Below are positions 1-13,192 of a stretch of 64,000 nt of DNA, one piece after another (position 1 is the stretch's first letter; each line of letters starts with the position of its first letter). The stretch comes from Hormiphora californensis (taxonomy: Eukaryota; Animalia; Ctenophora): assembly GCA_020137815.1 (NCBI GenBank), contig CM035355.1:6944001-7008000 (forward strand), read 5' to 3'. Below the pieces are notes generated by a model that worked only from the letters and a program-made list of their open reading frames with translations, searched no databases and was not told the DNA's origin. The position numbers and the translations under genes were made by a program.

Positions 1-145
1 TAGGAGTGTGACACTGTCCCTGTTTGGGAGAGAAGGAGGGGTTTAGAGTGGTGATACAAATTAGGGGACTATTTTGTAGATTTAATTGGACCCGATTGGA
101 CAGACATTCAATGACAGACTGACAACATGCTCCCTACTAAATTAC

Positions 146-3071
146 CTGAGAAGAACGAACATGGTTTCCCCGTCATAATACACAGTAACTCCTTCCAGGG
201 CGAGATGCATGGGCCTCCCATGAACAGGTTCTCTGATCTGCTCTCCCACGCTAAGGAAGAGCCCCGGACCCAGGTTCACACTCCCCCTGACATCCTTGTG
301 AAGCAGTGTAACTGAACTCAGACAGAGGTAGTCGGAAGAGTTGGAGCAAGTTGAGAAATAACCGTATAGTGTCCATGTGAATGCGTTGCAGTCCTTGGCT
401 AAGGTTTCCTTGCATCTAGAAACACCTGAGAATCTCCTTGAGAATCTGCCACTTCCAAAGCTACCATCACTGAACAACCACTCTCTGTTTATCTGACATG
501 CCCTACCTGTAATATCCAGCCCGCTGGTAGAGCTCACCTGAACTGTATTAGACTCTACCCTCCTACAACTCTCATAGTAACAGAAGTACTCACCAGCCCA
601 CTTCTTGCCTGCATTTGGTACATGTAATTTATTCCCGCTAACTGGTTCACCGCTCACAATCAGTGGTTCCCCATCCTTCATCCAGTGGATGTCCCTGCCC
701 CTGCCCCACATGGACGTTACCCCACAGTACAGCTCCAACTCAGTGCTGGCCCCCGTTAGAATCGTGTTGAAGCCCTGTAACTGTAGCACCTCCTGATCTC
801 TCTCAACCTGGTTGGTATAGGAACAATTCCAGAAGGATCGAGGTGATATTGGGGTGCCATTCAGACACGCTGTCCTTTTTAACTCACAGAAGCTTGTATA
901 ATCCACACAGTCGCTCCCACATATCTGTTGAACTGTGTGTTTGTGGCAATTACCACACACATTCCTTGTTACATTTAGGAATAATGTCTTTGTAGTGACT
1001 CTGTTTCCTGATTTTCCAATGCACGTGTAATTCCCAGTATCCTGGATTGTAGCGTAGTTGATCCTCCGACGGTAGGTGACAGTGTTACCTGATCTCGCTG
1101 TACTATCTATCTTTGTCTTGTCCGTGTGTTCCTTCTTCACCTCAGCCGCTTCTCCGTCCAAATCACCGTACCTGGAGATGCGAGTGTGTAGTGAATTTGG
1201 GTGTATGTGTGTTTAAATTTTTCGAATCTTTTTAATATACAGAGACAGCTGGCATGGGGTATTGGACGTTTACTATTTGTAAATGAGGTGTAACAATAAT
1301 TCCACTTGTAAAATATCCACATGTATGTACAGGGTGTCCCACTGTCTTTGCGTGACCTGTGATTTTGGGTGATGAGTGGGTTCCATTCAAATGCTCATAA
1401 CTCATCGAAAAATAGGTCAAAACGGTTCAACCAAAACCAGTGTTGTAGAGAATTGTCAGGCGAACATTTGGGTACAAGATTGATGTTCCAAGTCTTACCA
1501 ATCGTCAGATATATCGTCTTAAAGTCAAAAATACGTGTTCATGAAATCCGACCGGGGTTCACGTTTTGAAAAATTCACAAATGCAAAGTTGCTCGGATCA
1601 CATTACATCCCTCATAAGAGTTGTAGGAAATTGTCTGGCGGTCATTTTGGTACCCGGGTTTTTGTCCTAGCTCAATGTTTAGAGTGTCTTATGACTGTCT
1701 AAAGACGAAATTCAACCAACATTTTTTGAGGGGATCACGTGTCATCAACAAATGGGTAAAATGGTTTGAAATTTATAAGAGCTTCATTGGAATCGTCTAA
1801 AGTTCATTTTGATACCATGATTTTTTCCATAGCTCTACGTTTGAGTTACGTTATGACTGTATGAACATAAAGATTTTTCTCTGCTGAGTCTTAGTTGGTA
1901 TCGGCTCACAACCCCTAATTAGGTGGCTCGGTGTCGTGTGTAATCCCATGATAATCAGCACATATCGTCTCAATTTCATCTAGGCACTTGACAGGGTTGT
2001 TATGACGATTTGGCAAGGCCCCTGTTAATGTGTAGGATACGCAAGTGGTCTATCTCAACCCTATCATGCACTAAGATGTTATTCAAGCAGATATGAGCTT
2101 CATAACAGGGCAAAATGCAATGCGATACCTGAGACCACTTTTGTGAAAATTCCAGTTCAGACAGTCATAAGACACTCTAAACATTGAGCTAGGACAAAAA
2201 CCCGGGTACCAAAATGACCGCCAGACAATTTCCTACAACTCTTATGAGGGATGCAATGTGATCCGAGCAACTTTGCATTTGTGAATTTTTCAAAACGTGA
2301 ACCCCGGTCGGATTTCATGAACACGTATTTTTGACTTTAAGACGATATATCTGACGATTGGTAAGACTTGGAACATCAATCTTGTACCCAAATGTTCGCC
2401 TGACAATTCTCTACAACACTGTTTTTGGATGAGTCATTTTGACCTATTTTTCGATGAGTTATGAGAATTTGAATGGAACCCACTCATCACCCAAAATAAC
2501 AGGTCACGCAAAGACAGTGGGACACCCTGTACTACCTGTTGTGAAGCTCATTCAAAGCTGCTAACTGCTCCTCAACTGTGGGATCCAATACACTCAATGG
2601 AATTTTGATCTTGTGCTTCCGATGAGTCTTGAGAATCTTCAACCTTGACGACTGATCCTCAATGAACGCTCTGTTTTGTTGTCGTCCTGTTTGCTGGTGG
2701 CCCCATGGGTGTTCCGATGTTGGATCGGAGAGGGTTACCACTGGAGGCTCCATCATCCCCTCTACCGCACACACAATATCCACCGGCTCACCCTCAAACC
2801 TCAGTAGGTACTCAGGAAAAGTGACATTCGGCGGTGACAGGGCACTCTCATCTGGGACTCGGAATGGAATCTGCTTTCTCCTGACACAGTCCGTGATGTT
2901 GCAGATGTCAAATGCTCGGGGAACAATGGCGGTGCAGATTTGGGCATTGTAACAGGATAAGCACCAAAAGTTGGGACCCTCACTGGAACACCGCACCAAC
3001 AGTGGGGCTATGTTCTCCTCTAGGGAATGTGTTGAATAACAGAGGAAGAGTAGGAAAAGTATCGGAGACAT
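146..3071 (-). CDS. Secreted Ig-like / Kazal / Ig-like / VWD-like multidomain protein (3' end runs off the window)
   Basis: Exon 3071-2536 starts with a signal peptide (MSPILFLLFLCYSTHS). The phase-2 intron 2535-1172 (GT..AG) joins exon 1171-146 in frame. Ig motifs DTGNYTC and W-MKDG...GEYFC; Kazal motif ICGSDCVDYTSFCELKRTAC; VWD-like C-terminus (RCKETLAKDC...STC...LCLSSVTL). Donor gtaat at 145. Confidence 0.75.
1330..2529. mobile_element. Non-autonomous foldback DNA transposon, TA target duplication (Tc1/mariner-like ends CAGGGTGTCCC)
   Basis: Near-perfect inverted arms of ~370 bp (1330-~1700 / ~2158-2529), TA on both sides, no transposase ORF; lies in intron 1 of the Ig-Kazal gene. Confidence 0.85.
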
Positions 3072-3457
3072 TGCGAAATGTATACCCCCGATTCGATTGC
3101 CCAGTAATTGCCTAATTAAGATTCATCCTTCCTTTTTATACCACAATCCACATCCACAGACGACAGACAGAAGACGATCTGGTGGTGATTCCGAAAGGAT
3201 GATCCGGCACTATGCTGTCTCGCCTGTTTGGCGAGACTTGGCTGTGTGACTGTTTACAGTCCCAGATGAGCGGCCCAAACCAAACCACATCCACAACTAC
3301 TGTTATAGTGTAGCCAAATAATGACCAAAATGGGTAACTTGTGTAAAATTAAAATGGAGTAAGTTTAGAATTTACATTTTTACAGCATGTCAAGAAAGCA
3401 TTGTCAGACATCTGAATCAGTTCGGTTAAAAAAGTTCACTTTACACTTGGGCCGTTT

Positions 3458-6400
3458 CTATGACATTCGGTATACTGTCTCTGCTGGGCGACTTGACCAT
3501 TCCCCCAGTGGTACGATTCAAATCCTTGAGAAGTTGAGTGTTTTCTGTCCATAACTCCTCAACCGTTTTCTGCATTCTCTTGTTTGTCTTTCTCATCTTG
3601 TCCACCTGAGGTTAATTGATCTGGGTTAGCCCTGTGAAGATATAAGAGGATTGAGTTGACACGCAATTACAATTCATTCCTCTCTTCTGAAATTTGACAC
3701 ACGTAATATGTACAATTCATTCCTCTAATGTCTGACCTGTTCCTGCAAATGATCAGCTCGTTTCACCGCCATTTCAAACTTCCCCTGCAGCTCCTTGCTC
3801 CCTCTCTGCTCTCCCAATATCGCCTCCATTTTAGCCACACGCTGCTTCAAAGCGTAGTTTTCACCTGCTGTCTGGGTGTCTTGAATCTGGTCTTGTAACA
3901 TGGTTATCTGCCGCTGGTACTGTCTCTTGGCTTCTTTGAAAGAGTCTGCCTCCTGATAACAAAGTCAATTGAAATGAACTATATGCAAAATGATAGTCTT
4001 ATCAGTTGGCTTACCTTGGAAAATATCATCCTCGCAAAATGACAGTTCGATCAGCAAGTTATCAGTTACACTGGCTTATATTATCAGCGATTTTTCAGTT
4101 GGTTTACCTTGGAAGCAGAAGCCTTAGCATCCTCTACTCTAGAGTTCATTTGATCAAGACGACGCTGGTAGACGGCAATCTGACCCTGAGCTTTCTCAAT
4201 AACCTTCTGCCGCTCATCATAGGTGTTGTGAAGTTGACTGTGCAGATCACTGATATTCTTTTTTAGCATCGTCACCTGCACCTGAATTAATTAACACGTG
4301 TCATGACATCACTAATTGTCAGCTGTGTCAGGTATCACACGTGGTAGTTATCTTAGTGGGCGCCCCAGGGACCAAGGGACACTAGTAGATTTGTCCATAC
4401 CAGTACCACGCCTGGTTTACTAACCTCATAGTCCGCGATTGTAGTTTCGTATTCGGAGATCTTATGAGTCACATCGTTATCTGCATTACCATTACCATGG
4501 TTACTGTTTTGATATGACGCTAAAACATCTTTCAGAGCTTCAGTCTCCCTCTGGTATCTGCAGATAAGAGGAACGGTCATTGGCAAATACTATTAAATGT
4601 CTAGTGACAAAATTCTATGCGACTCAAAAACAGCCGGTTGGCCAACTCATTGATTCAACACAATAATGAAAGAAGTCATTTTCAAACCTTCGAACCCTGT
4701 AGAGTGCATCCTCAACTTCTCCTTGTTTTGCTGCCAGTTTCTGTTCCAGATCTTTTAGCTGATTATTGTCACTACCAGCTCCCTCAATCTCTAACTTTAA
4801 ACACTTCACCTGGTAAGATGAGAGACACATGTCATGTCAGAAGAAACTAATACAGATCCACGTTAAAGTAAGAGTGGCCCGCCGTGTTTTCTCACAAAAC
4901 TTAGTGGATGAACGGGGAGTACCACCAGGACCATTGGTACGGTATCGAAAATTTCCAATTCTGTCTCGTTCATTAGTTATGACGTAATATGTTCATTATT
5001 TAAACTTTTATAAAATTGCTCTTCAGAAAAATCCGTGCATTGTGGATTGAAATGGATGCTTGCATCGTGTTCAGCGTCAAAAAATAGCCGGGGTACCAAA
5101 TTTTGGTGTCTCTACCTTGTCTGTGACGCGAGATATGGACAATTATCAAAAACGACCAAAATGGGTGAGAGAGAGATTGTTATCTTTGGGTGCTAGTTGT
5201 TTGTGCGCGCCACCCACTTGTAACAAACTCTCTTTCTCTCACTTTGGTCGTTTTTGATATTTGTCGATATCTCGCGTCACAGACAAGGTAGAGACACCAA
5301 AATTTGGTACCCCGGCTATTTTTTGACGCTGAACACGATGCAAGCATCCATTTCAATCCACAATGCACGGATTTTTCTGAAGAGCAATTTTATAAAAGTT
5401 GAAATAATGAACATATTACGTCATAACTAATGAACGAGACAGAATTGGAAATTTTCGATACCGTACCAATGGTCCTGGTGGTACTCCCCGTTCATCCACT
5501 AAGTTTTGTGACAAAACACGGCGCGCCACTCTTACTTTAAAGACGGGCACTCACGATGTCCGCCAGTACAGTCGTAATGGGGAGAGTTACAGAATGGATA
5601 TAACCCATATGACTTTTTTTCGTATCTTCTCCGCATCCATAGTTTTGCAAGGAGAAACAAAGGTTAACTCCTTGCAAAACTATGGATGCGGAGAAGATAC
5701 GAAAAAAACCCATATGACTTCACCTGATCAAAAGAGTGATACATGACACGTCAGATATTAATACAGGTACAAACTCCGAGGTAAAGACACTCATTATTAC
5801 CACCAGTACGGGCGAAATTCTAACGACCGTCCCTTTTTGGTGTTTTCCGTGGCACCTCAGAGTTGCTCACAGAGCGGGCTCCTGTGAGCTACACAACCTC
5901 AGAGAGGAGGGTGAAGACTTACCTCGTTTTGTATAGAGGAGTTCTGTTCGATCTTAGCAAGGAGCTCATGTTGAACCTTCTCCAGCTTCATTTCTGCTGC
6001 CAGAACCTCGTCAGCTGCAGGAAACAGTAGCTTTAGTATCGCGGAACAAAACAGATACTAACAAAAATTAATTGCCTTACTCGACCCTCTTTTACCGTAC
6101 CCGGGTAGGAACAAAACACGAGATAGCACTCAAGTCTCACAAACAAACAGACAAACAGCACCCACCTTTGTTACTGAGCTGGCTTTCGTATCTGTACTTG
6201 ACATCTTCCACTGTCTGTTTCAGTTTCTTTACTTGGTGTTCCGCCTTGGCAGCCTGAAACAATGAGAAACGTTGTAATTGGAAAACCATTTACTGCATTC
6301 AAATTTTGATTACCAGACTCCGGGAAAGTGTTGTTATAATTACGCATTTCCCAGAAAATGATCCAGTCTACCGTCCCCCTATCCCACTCACCCTTGATTT

Positions 6401-9400
6401 GTAGTTTCCAGTATCAGCCATATCTTTTCCCTTCATCTGAAGAGTCTCGTTGAGGACCTGCTCCTTCTCTCTGAGGCTCGTCTGGGCTTCAGTCAGATTC
6501 TTCTGAAGATCGGCCACTATTATTTTATACTCCTTTATCTTAGCTGTCCTATCCTCAACTAGATAGTTCAGCCGGATCAGTGAGGTCTGGAAGGCTTCTT
6601 TTTCCTCTGATATTTCTGTTTTAAATTTTGTCATTACGTCACCGTACTGAGAGAGCTGTTCCTCCAGAGAACCCTGGTTTTGGGAGAGTGCATCTTTCAG
6701 TTCGTCAAGCTCCTTCTTGTAAACAACAGATTCCTCTTGGGCTTTCTTCAGATTCCTCTGCCTTCCCCGGAGTTCCTTCCTGTGAGTGGTCTCCATCTCC
6801 TCCATAAGGTTATCTTTTTCCCTCAGGCTGTTCCTCATTGCTCTAATCTGTGATCTGAGTTCAGTAATTTCCTCTTCATACGCCTCCAACCTCGCTTTAA
6901 TTTGATGTTGCTGAAGATTTAGACGCTCAGTTATTGTGGAGACCCGCCCTTCGTAGACCTTGATATGCTCAAACGTCTTTTCATAGGTTGAGTCCAGGTC
7001 CTCTTTGAGCTGGTGGACTCTTCCCTGTTCAAATGAGAGGGATTTCTTTAGTTGATCCTGGTTCTTTTCCTTGTAGTCGATAACATCAGACAGCTGACTG
7101 AGTCTCGTTTCCATAAAGTTTCTCTCTGTTGCTATGGTATCATTAAGTGTATCCAGCTGCTCTGTCTTCTGGTTAAGCATGGACCCGTAATTTTGTTGTA
7201 GATCCCTCATTCCCTCAGCCATCTCCTTGTTGTCCTGCCTCAGCCGCTCACACTCCTTCACACTCTCCCTCAGCTGGTGACGGAGATCGTGGGTGATGAG
7301 TTCCAATCCATCTATCTCCTGGAGACTCACTGGTTTCTCCAATGCACTCCCAGCACTTGTATCATGTTCTTCATTAAACTCTGTACCCTCAATACCGTGG
7401 ATCTTGTGTCCTCTTGGGGAGCGAGGAGAGGAAGGAGACACAGCATCACGTTTCAGGGATAGAAGGTCCTTCAGGTCCCTCATATCACCAGTCAATGCCT
7501 CCAGATCCTCTGTGACCTTTGAAAACTCTTGGGAGTCAGCTGGTAGATCATTGCACGAACTGAGCATGTTTCTAATGAACTCAATCTCGTTCTCATACTT
7601 CTGAACCTTCACCTGGGCGTGATCTATAACCGCTTCATTTTCCCGCTCACTCCTTCCGTTTTGGTTAGTTCTGAAGCTAGATGACTTTACTTCATCTTGA
7701 GTCTCTGTCAGTTTGTCGGACAGTAAGGTGGCCTTCTCTTGCAGGATGTCCAGAAGCTCATCCTTGACAGCAGGGAGCTCAGGTGCACTATGCTCCTTCA
7801 TCTCTCCGGAGATAATATCCATCTCCTGCTGAGTTGTCTGTAGGAGAAGTAGATAGTGATCCAACGAGCACTGGTGCTCCTCAACTGTCATGTGAACATT
7901 ATCCTCGAGTGATACAACTCTATCAATGACATTCTGGAATTGTGGGTTTGAGTCGTTAGCCATGCTCTGCTGAATGTCCTCGAGTTCAGTTTTTAACAAA
8001 TCCAGCTCACCAAGAACCTCGTTAGTCCGCTGGTTCTCCACGTTCAACTCGTCTGTCAAGTTGTTCAGCGAATCATTGGCATCAGTTATACCCTTGGAGC
8101 TCTTCTCGATCAACTTCTGGTTTAGTTTTGTGAGATCTTGGGCTCTGTTCTCGAACATCACCACCATCCCTTGCATCCTCTTGATGTGAGAGTTGTAGAC
8201 GGTATTGTCAGTGTTCTGTTTCTCCAGGTCCTCTTTATACCTATCATACAACTTGTTATACTCACTATCCTTCTTGTCCAAAAGAGTCTGGAGGTTCTCC
8301 AACTGCCGTTTATATTCCTCGGTGGTCGTCAGACTCTCCTCAAAGTTGTCGATGTTTGGTGGAGGTGGCAGGTTGGAGAGACTTCCTGATTGGAATGTGA
8401 GATCCATACAACTGCCCTTCCGTGAACCTGCCTGGCTGGACCGTTTTAGCGAGTCTCTCAGGTCTCTGATTTGCCTGTCTTTTTCACCGATAACATGGTT
8501 CAAACTGGTCGTATCTTCTAACCAAACACTGTGGATGGAGGAAGAACGTTTCATGATGGCATCTCCCCCTTCAAACTCCATCAGACGTGTCTTCAGTGCA
8601 GTTATCTGGTTCTCAAGATTTCTTCTGTTATCGAATGCTATCTTGCTATCCGCCAGGTTCTCTGCCTCGGCCTTGTTTAAATACTCGTCTCTCTTCAGCA
8701 AGGATTCCTCGTTTTCAGCAATTTTATCTTTCAGGCTCTTGATTTCCTTCTCAAACCTCTTGACGGCATCTGTATGGTTTTTAAAGTTGGCGTCCACATC
8801 ATCAAGTAGGCCACAATTCTCCTTCTCAAGATCAGAATAGTTCTCGGCTAGAGCATCATACTTCTTTTGCAGATCAATATTCTTGGTGACCAATTCCTGC
8901 TTAGTCTTGTCCTGCTTGTTGAGAAGGTTATTTAGCTCGTTCCGGCTATCCTCAATAACTTTGTCTTTGTGCGCTATAGCAGCCTGTAGTTCGACCACAG
9001 ACTGATCTGAAGCACTCCTTGCCTGTCGTTCCAGTTGATCATTTCTATCCTTCAGTGTGGCAACCTCTTTGTTCAACCTCTCCTCCTCATCCTGGAGATC
9101 CTCAATTTGAATTTCAAGATCTTCAATCTGCTTTCTCAGCTGCTTCGTGTCCTTTTTACCATCATCTTGAGCTGAAATCTCGTCAAGTTTTGCTTGCAGC
9201 TGGCTGGTCTTGGACTTTGATTTGGCTAGTTCCTTGTCAGCAGCGGCCTTATCTTCAATAGATCGCCATAACTTGTTTTCAACTAGCGCCAGCCTGGTTT
9301 GCAGTGCGTGTTCCTGCTCCGACGCCTCGTTCAGACTTGTCTCCAGAACATCTAGTGTCATCGACTCCTCCTTGAGGATATCATGTCGCTGTTGGGCAAT

Positions 9401-12400
9401 ATCCAACTCTGCTTTTAGATTCCCTAGCTGTCTGTTGATTGTTGAGATCTGTTCGTCCTTTGCTAGCAGGTTGTCCTGTTGAATCTCGATTAGGTTCTCA
9501 AGGTTCAGCAATTTAGTGACGACCTCGTTGAATTCTTGTTTCTTATCTTCCATGTTCTCCTCAAAGCGAGCATTGATCTTTTTAATCTGATCCAGTTCCT
9601 TTTCTAAGGAGTCCCTCGTTAGTGTTTCCTCCTCGTGTTTCAAGTTGAACTTCTGCTCTGCAATGCTTTGTGCCTCTTTTATAGCAGCAATCTTCCTGGT
9701 AAAATTCTTCTCATTCCTCTTCAACTCATCTTGCTGGTCTTGGATCTTCTGTTCTTTCAACTCAATGTCAGTCTTCAAACGCGCGTTTGCCTTCTCGAAA
9801 TGTCCCTTTAGGGCAGACAACGCTCCAGATCCCTCGTCGCTCGGTGACAGAGTTTTCAAAATGTCATTTGCTAGTCGATCAGTTAGGACCTTGCACTCGT
9901 TGGTAAGATCAGTGTTTTCTAACTCCAACCTGGCGATAATATCCTCATTTTTATCTTCCTCTAACATCTCCTGTAGCATCTCCACCTCCTCTTCCAAGTT
10001 CTTGATAACTCCCCTGTGTTCATCTTCTGTGGCGGCCAGCTGCTGTTGCAGGTTCTCCATCCTCTGTAAGTATTGACTGTCAGCATCGGCTATCTCCATA
10101 CTGATATCAGCTAATTCCTTGTGAAGATTATCAACCTCACTCCTCAGACCTGAGTTCTCCTTTTCTAAACTGCGGATCTGTGCATCTTTATCCTTTACAA
10201 TCTTGCTCAGATCGCCCTTATCTTCATCCTGCATCAGTTCTTCACACATCCTCTCCGCCTCGTCTAGATTATGCTGAAGGTTGTTCAGGGATTCCTCGCT
10301 ACAGTCCTTAGCAGCGTTCTTTTCCGCCAGTGCAAACTCCAGCTCCTCAACCTTCTCTTCGAGGCCAGTTCGAATCTTCCTCTCCTCATCCAGGTGATCA
10401 AGAAGAGATTTGTTAGCTGCTCCCTTCTGTGCTGTATCCAGCTCTTTTTGTAGCTCGGTAATCTGAGAGGTCAGTGCCGCTACCTGGGCTTCGTGCTCAC
10501 TAGACAGCACACCAATTGTCTCTTCAAGATGTTTCTGATCCTGTAAACTGTCTTCCAAATTCTGCTCCAGTTCTTCGAGATCAGGGTGTGCTGTGACAGA
10601 AACGGTGAACCCTTGATTAACTTGAGCTGTCAGCTGACTGATTTCATCATCTTTCACCTTGATTTCCTGTTGAAGGTTTTTCATGGCATCCCGAATTTCT
10701 TTCTCAGCCGATGCTAGAGCGGATTCAGCTTGCTCTGTTTGTGCTTTACTTTCCGCGAGTTTATCGGTAAGAATCTTGACAGGTGTTTGGTTTTGGAGAC
10801 ACTGCCGGTGGTGGGGGCCTTTTGACTGGTTTCGGGGACGATGCGAGTAGTGGTTGTGGTAGGGAGGAATCGAGGGGAGGCGGAAGGATGTCACTTGATG
10901 GAGGAGGAGGAGGAGGAAGAGGGAAGTCTGGTTCCACAACCTGCTTTCCAACAAGCATCGTTTCCAACTCTTTATTCTTGTTTTTCTCTGCCTCCAGTGT
11001 CTGCTTGAGAGATTCCAGCTCAGTGTTGCTAGTTGGTAGCGGTTCCTCTAACACGGATTTACTGAGTTTGGAGTGAAGATCTTGGATAACATTTTCATAA
11101 GTGAACGAGTTCTCATCCAGCTGCTCGATGGCCTCACTCAGTTCCTGATTAAGACGGGAATTCTCAGCAACAGAGTTGTTTAATTTCTTCTCTACGATCG
11201 TCATTTTACTACGCAGATGATTCATCTCCTCTCTGTAGTAGACCTCCATTCTCTCCATCTTTTCTTGCAAATCATCCCTCGCAGGAGGTTTCTTCTTCTC
11301 TTCAACTGGCGGTGTCTTGGCCTGCTCTTCAAACTTGTTTTTAGCCCTCCAACCTTTCTGCTGGGAGAATCTTTTACCAGCGATGACAGTTTATGGACCT
11401 CCTCTTTCAACTTCACGTTTTCCTTCTTCAGGTCATCCATCAGTTTTGGGTAAAAGTTCTTCCTCTTCAACTCCTCAATCTGTTGATTTTGATCATCGAT
11501 GGTCTTATTCAGCTCCTTCACCAACTTTTCATGTTTGTTCAGCGAGCCAACCAGCACTTTCTCCATCTCAGCAATCTTTTCCTTGGAGGTTTCCAACCTC
11601 ATACAGACTTCCTCCAGCTCAAACTGGGCATCTTCCAGCTGCCTCCGTGTCGGCCTATCATTCTTGATAGCCTCCACCTCCGCGGTCAGATCGGCTATCT
11701 TCCGCTGGTATCTTTTACTGACTGCAGATTCCTTGATAAGAGCTTTCTCAAGATCATCGATTGAGGAAACGAGGTCCTCATTTGTGATTCCCAGCTCCTG
11801 GACCTTCTTCTTTTGGTTCTTCAGTAGGGAGAGAGCAGTCATGGCCTGTGTAGGTTGGATAGGGCTGCTCTGGGTAAGGGGGCTGAACGGGTCAGCGAGA
11901 TGACTATCACTAGGGGAGCGAGGAATGGTCTGAAGAGAACGCTCAAGGTCCTCAATCACATCACGTGATTTATCCTGCTCTTCCTAATAAGGGAAAGGGA
12001 TGTTAGTACTAGTACAGAAACAAATTGGTGAATTTCAAGTGGTTTTTGAAGTATTTTGAAGATCTGGGGATCATGTTTTGAAGGGGTTGGTAACAAGAGG
12101 ACATTATATTGTGGATGGGTTTGGTAACTCACAGGCCTCACCTGTAGAGCAGACATCAGCGCGCTGTTCTGTTCGATAAGGTTCTCATTCTGTCTCTTGT
12201 ACTTCTCCTCAGCTTTCGATAACTCAAACTCCAATCTCTCTGTCTCGTTTTCTGCAGTGTCCAGTTTTGTGTACGACTCCATGAGTTCTGCCTGGAAATT
12301 AGAATAGAATGAAAATTAACAAGGAAGTTTGAAGGTGAACTGTAGAGTGTATAGTGAACTGTTCTTCCCGTTTTCTTGCGGGGAGACAGTAAAAACAGTT

Positions 12401-13192
12401 CAACGGGGTATGGTAGAATGTAGAGGGTCGAACAAGGTATTTTAACTGTAGATGATAATAATTGTTTTTGGTAAATACCTGACTTGATCGGAGTTGATCA
12501 ACCAGAGCATCTTTCTCTTGGCGATATTTATCTTGCAGCTGGGATAGTTCTTTATCATGCTGCTCTTGAGCCTCCTGAATAGGGCAAGATCCAGTAAAGG
12601 GGAATTATTCAACACTGTGTACAGCACTAAAATAAACGAAAACTACGTAACAACTGTCTGGCAGGCGCCAGACCCCGTTTTGACTCCGTGTTGCTCAGAT
12701 CGGGTCGACGCCGCCAGGGCGCCAGACAGCAAAATAACAACAATATGCAGAGCAAAGAACTACGAAATCAATAGATACTAAAACAATTACTGACCTTGAG
12801 TGACTCCATTGTTCTGTCAAGAAAGGTTGATTTCTCGTTTAGATCTAGAATCAACTTGGCCCTTTCTTCCTCGTACAGCCCTTGCATCTCAATGGGATCC
12901 GCTGAGGGAAATAATCAACTGCCATATCAGCCATGAATGTACAAATAAGAAAACACACTGAATAACACATTGAATAACAGTCATGAATCATGATAATTTT
13001 TCGAAAACGCTTAACTAATCTAACTGCAGATCGGGGTAGTAACTTACTGTTGATAGATACTAATGCGTCTGCCAGCCTATCAATTTGTTCCTCCAGGTGA
13101 CAGAGGGAGGTCTCGTTGGTCTGAATGGACTGATTTACATCATCCGCTACTCCTTTATATCGCGACATGTTCTCTTCATAGTAATGCAGCTC
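3458..13192 (-). CDS. Very large coiled-coil protein (>2,300 aa; golgin/centrosomal/rootletin-like, family unassigned), 5' end not found
   Basis: Multiple GT-AG exons (approx. 13192-13046, 12902-12794, 12574-12479, 12292-12142, giant exon 11983-6392, 6254-6167, 6016-5923, 4810-4697, last exon ending TAG at 3458-3460), all E/K/Q/L heptad-rich. Proline-rich segment near 10.8-10.9 kb. Two frame breaks at ~11375 and ~10785. Confidence 0.8.
4867..5536. mobile_element. Palindromic non-autonomous DNA transposon, TTAA target duplication with AG...CT termini (Kolobok-like)
   Basis: TTAA at 4863-4866 and 5537-5540; ~315-bp inverted arms around a ~40-bp spacer; intronic. Confidence 0.8.
5614..5708. mobile_element. 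95-bp perfect hairpin element with a 10-bp target duplication
   Basis: 41-bp arms (T7-CGTATCTTCTCC...GGAG / CTCC...GATACG-A7), 13-nt loop, direct repeat CCCATATGAC at 5604-5613 and 5709-5718. Confidence 0.75.
12657..12728. repeat. Short GC-rich dispersed palindromic repeat (related copy at ~17705-17770)
   Basis: GTCTGGC..GGCGCCAGACCCC...GCTCAGAT.GGGT...GGCGCC is shared between two introns; GTCTGGC/GCCAGAC termini. Confidence 0.5.

Noticed and set aside
11361-11377. 17-nt GT..AG micro-intron that would repair the frameshift
   Set aside because: Too short for a typical animal spliceosomal intron; a missing A in the A-run is simpler.
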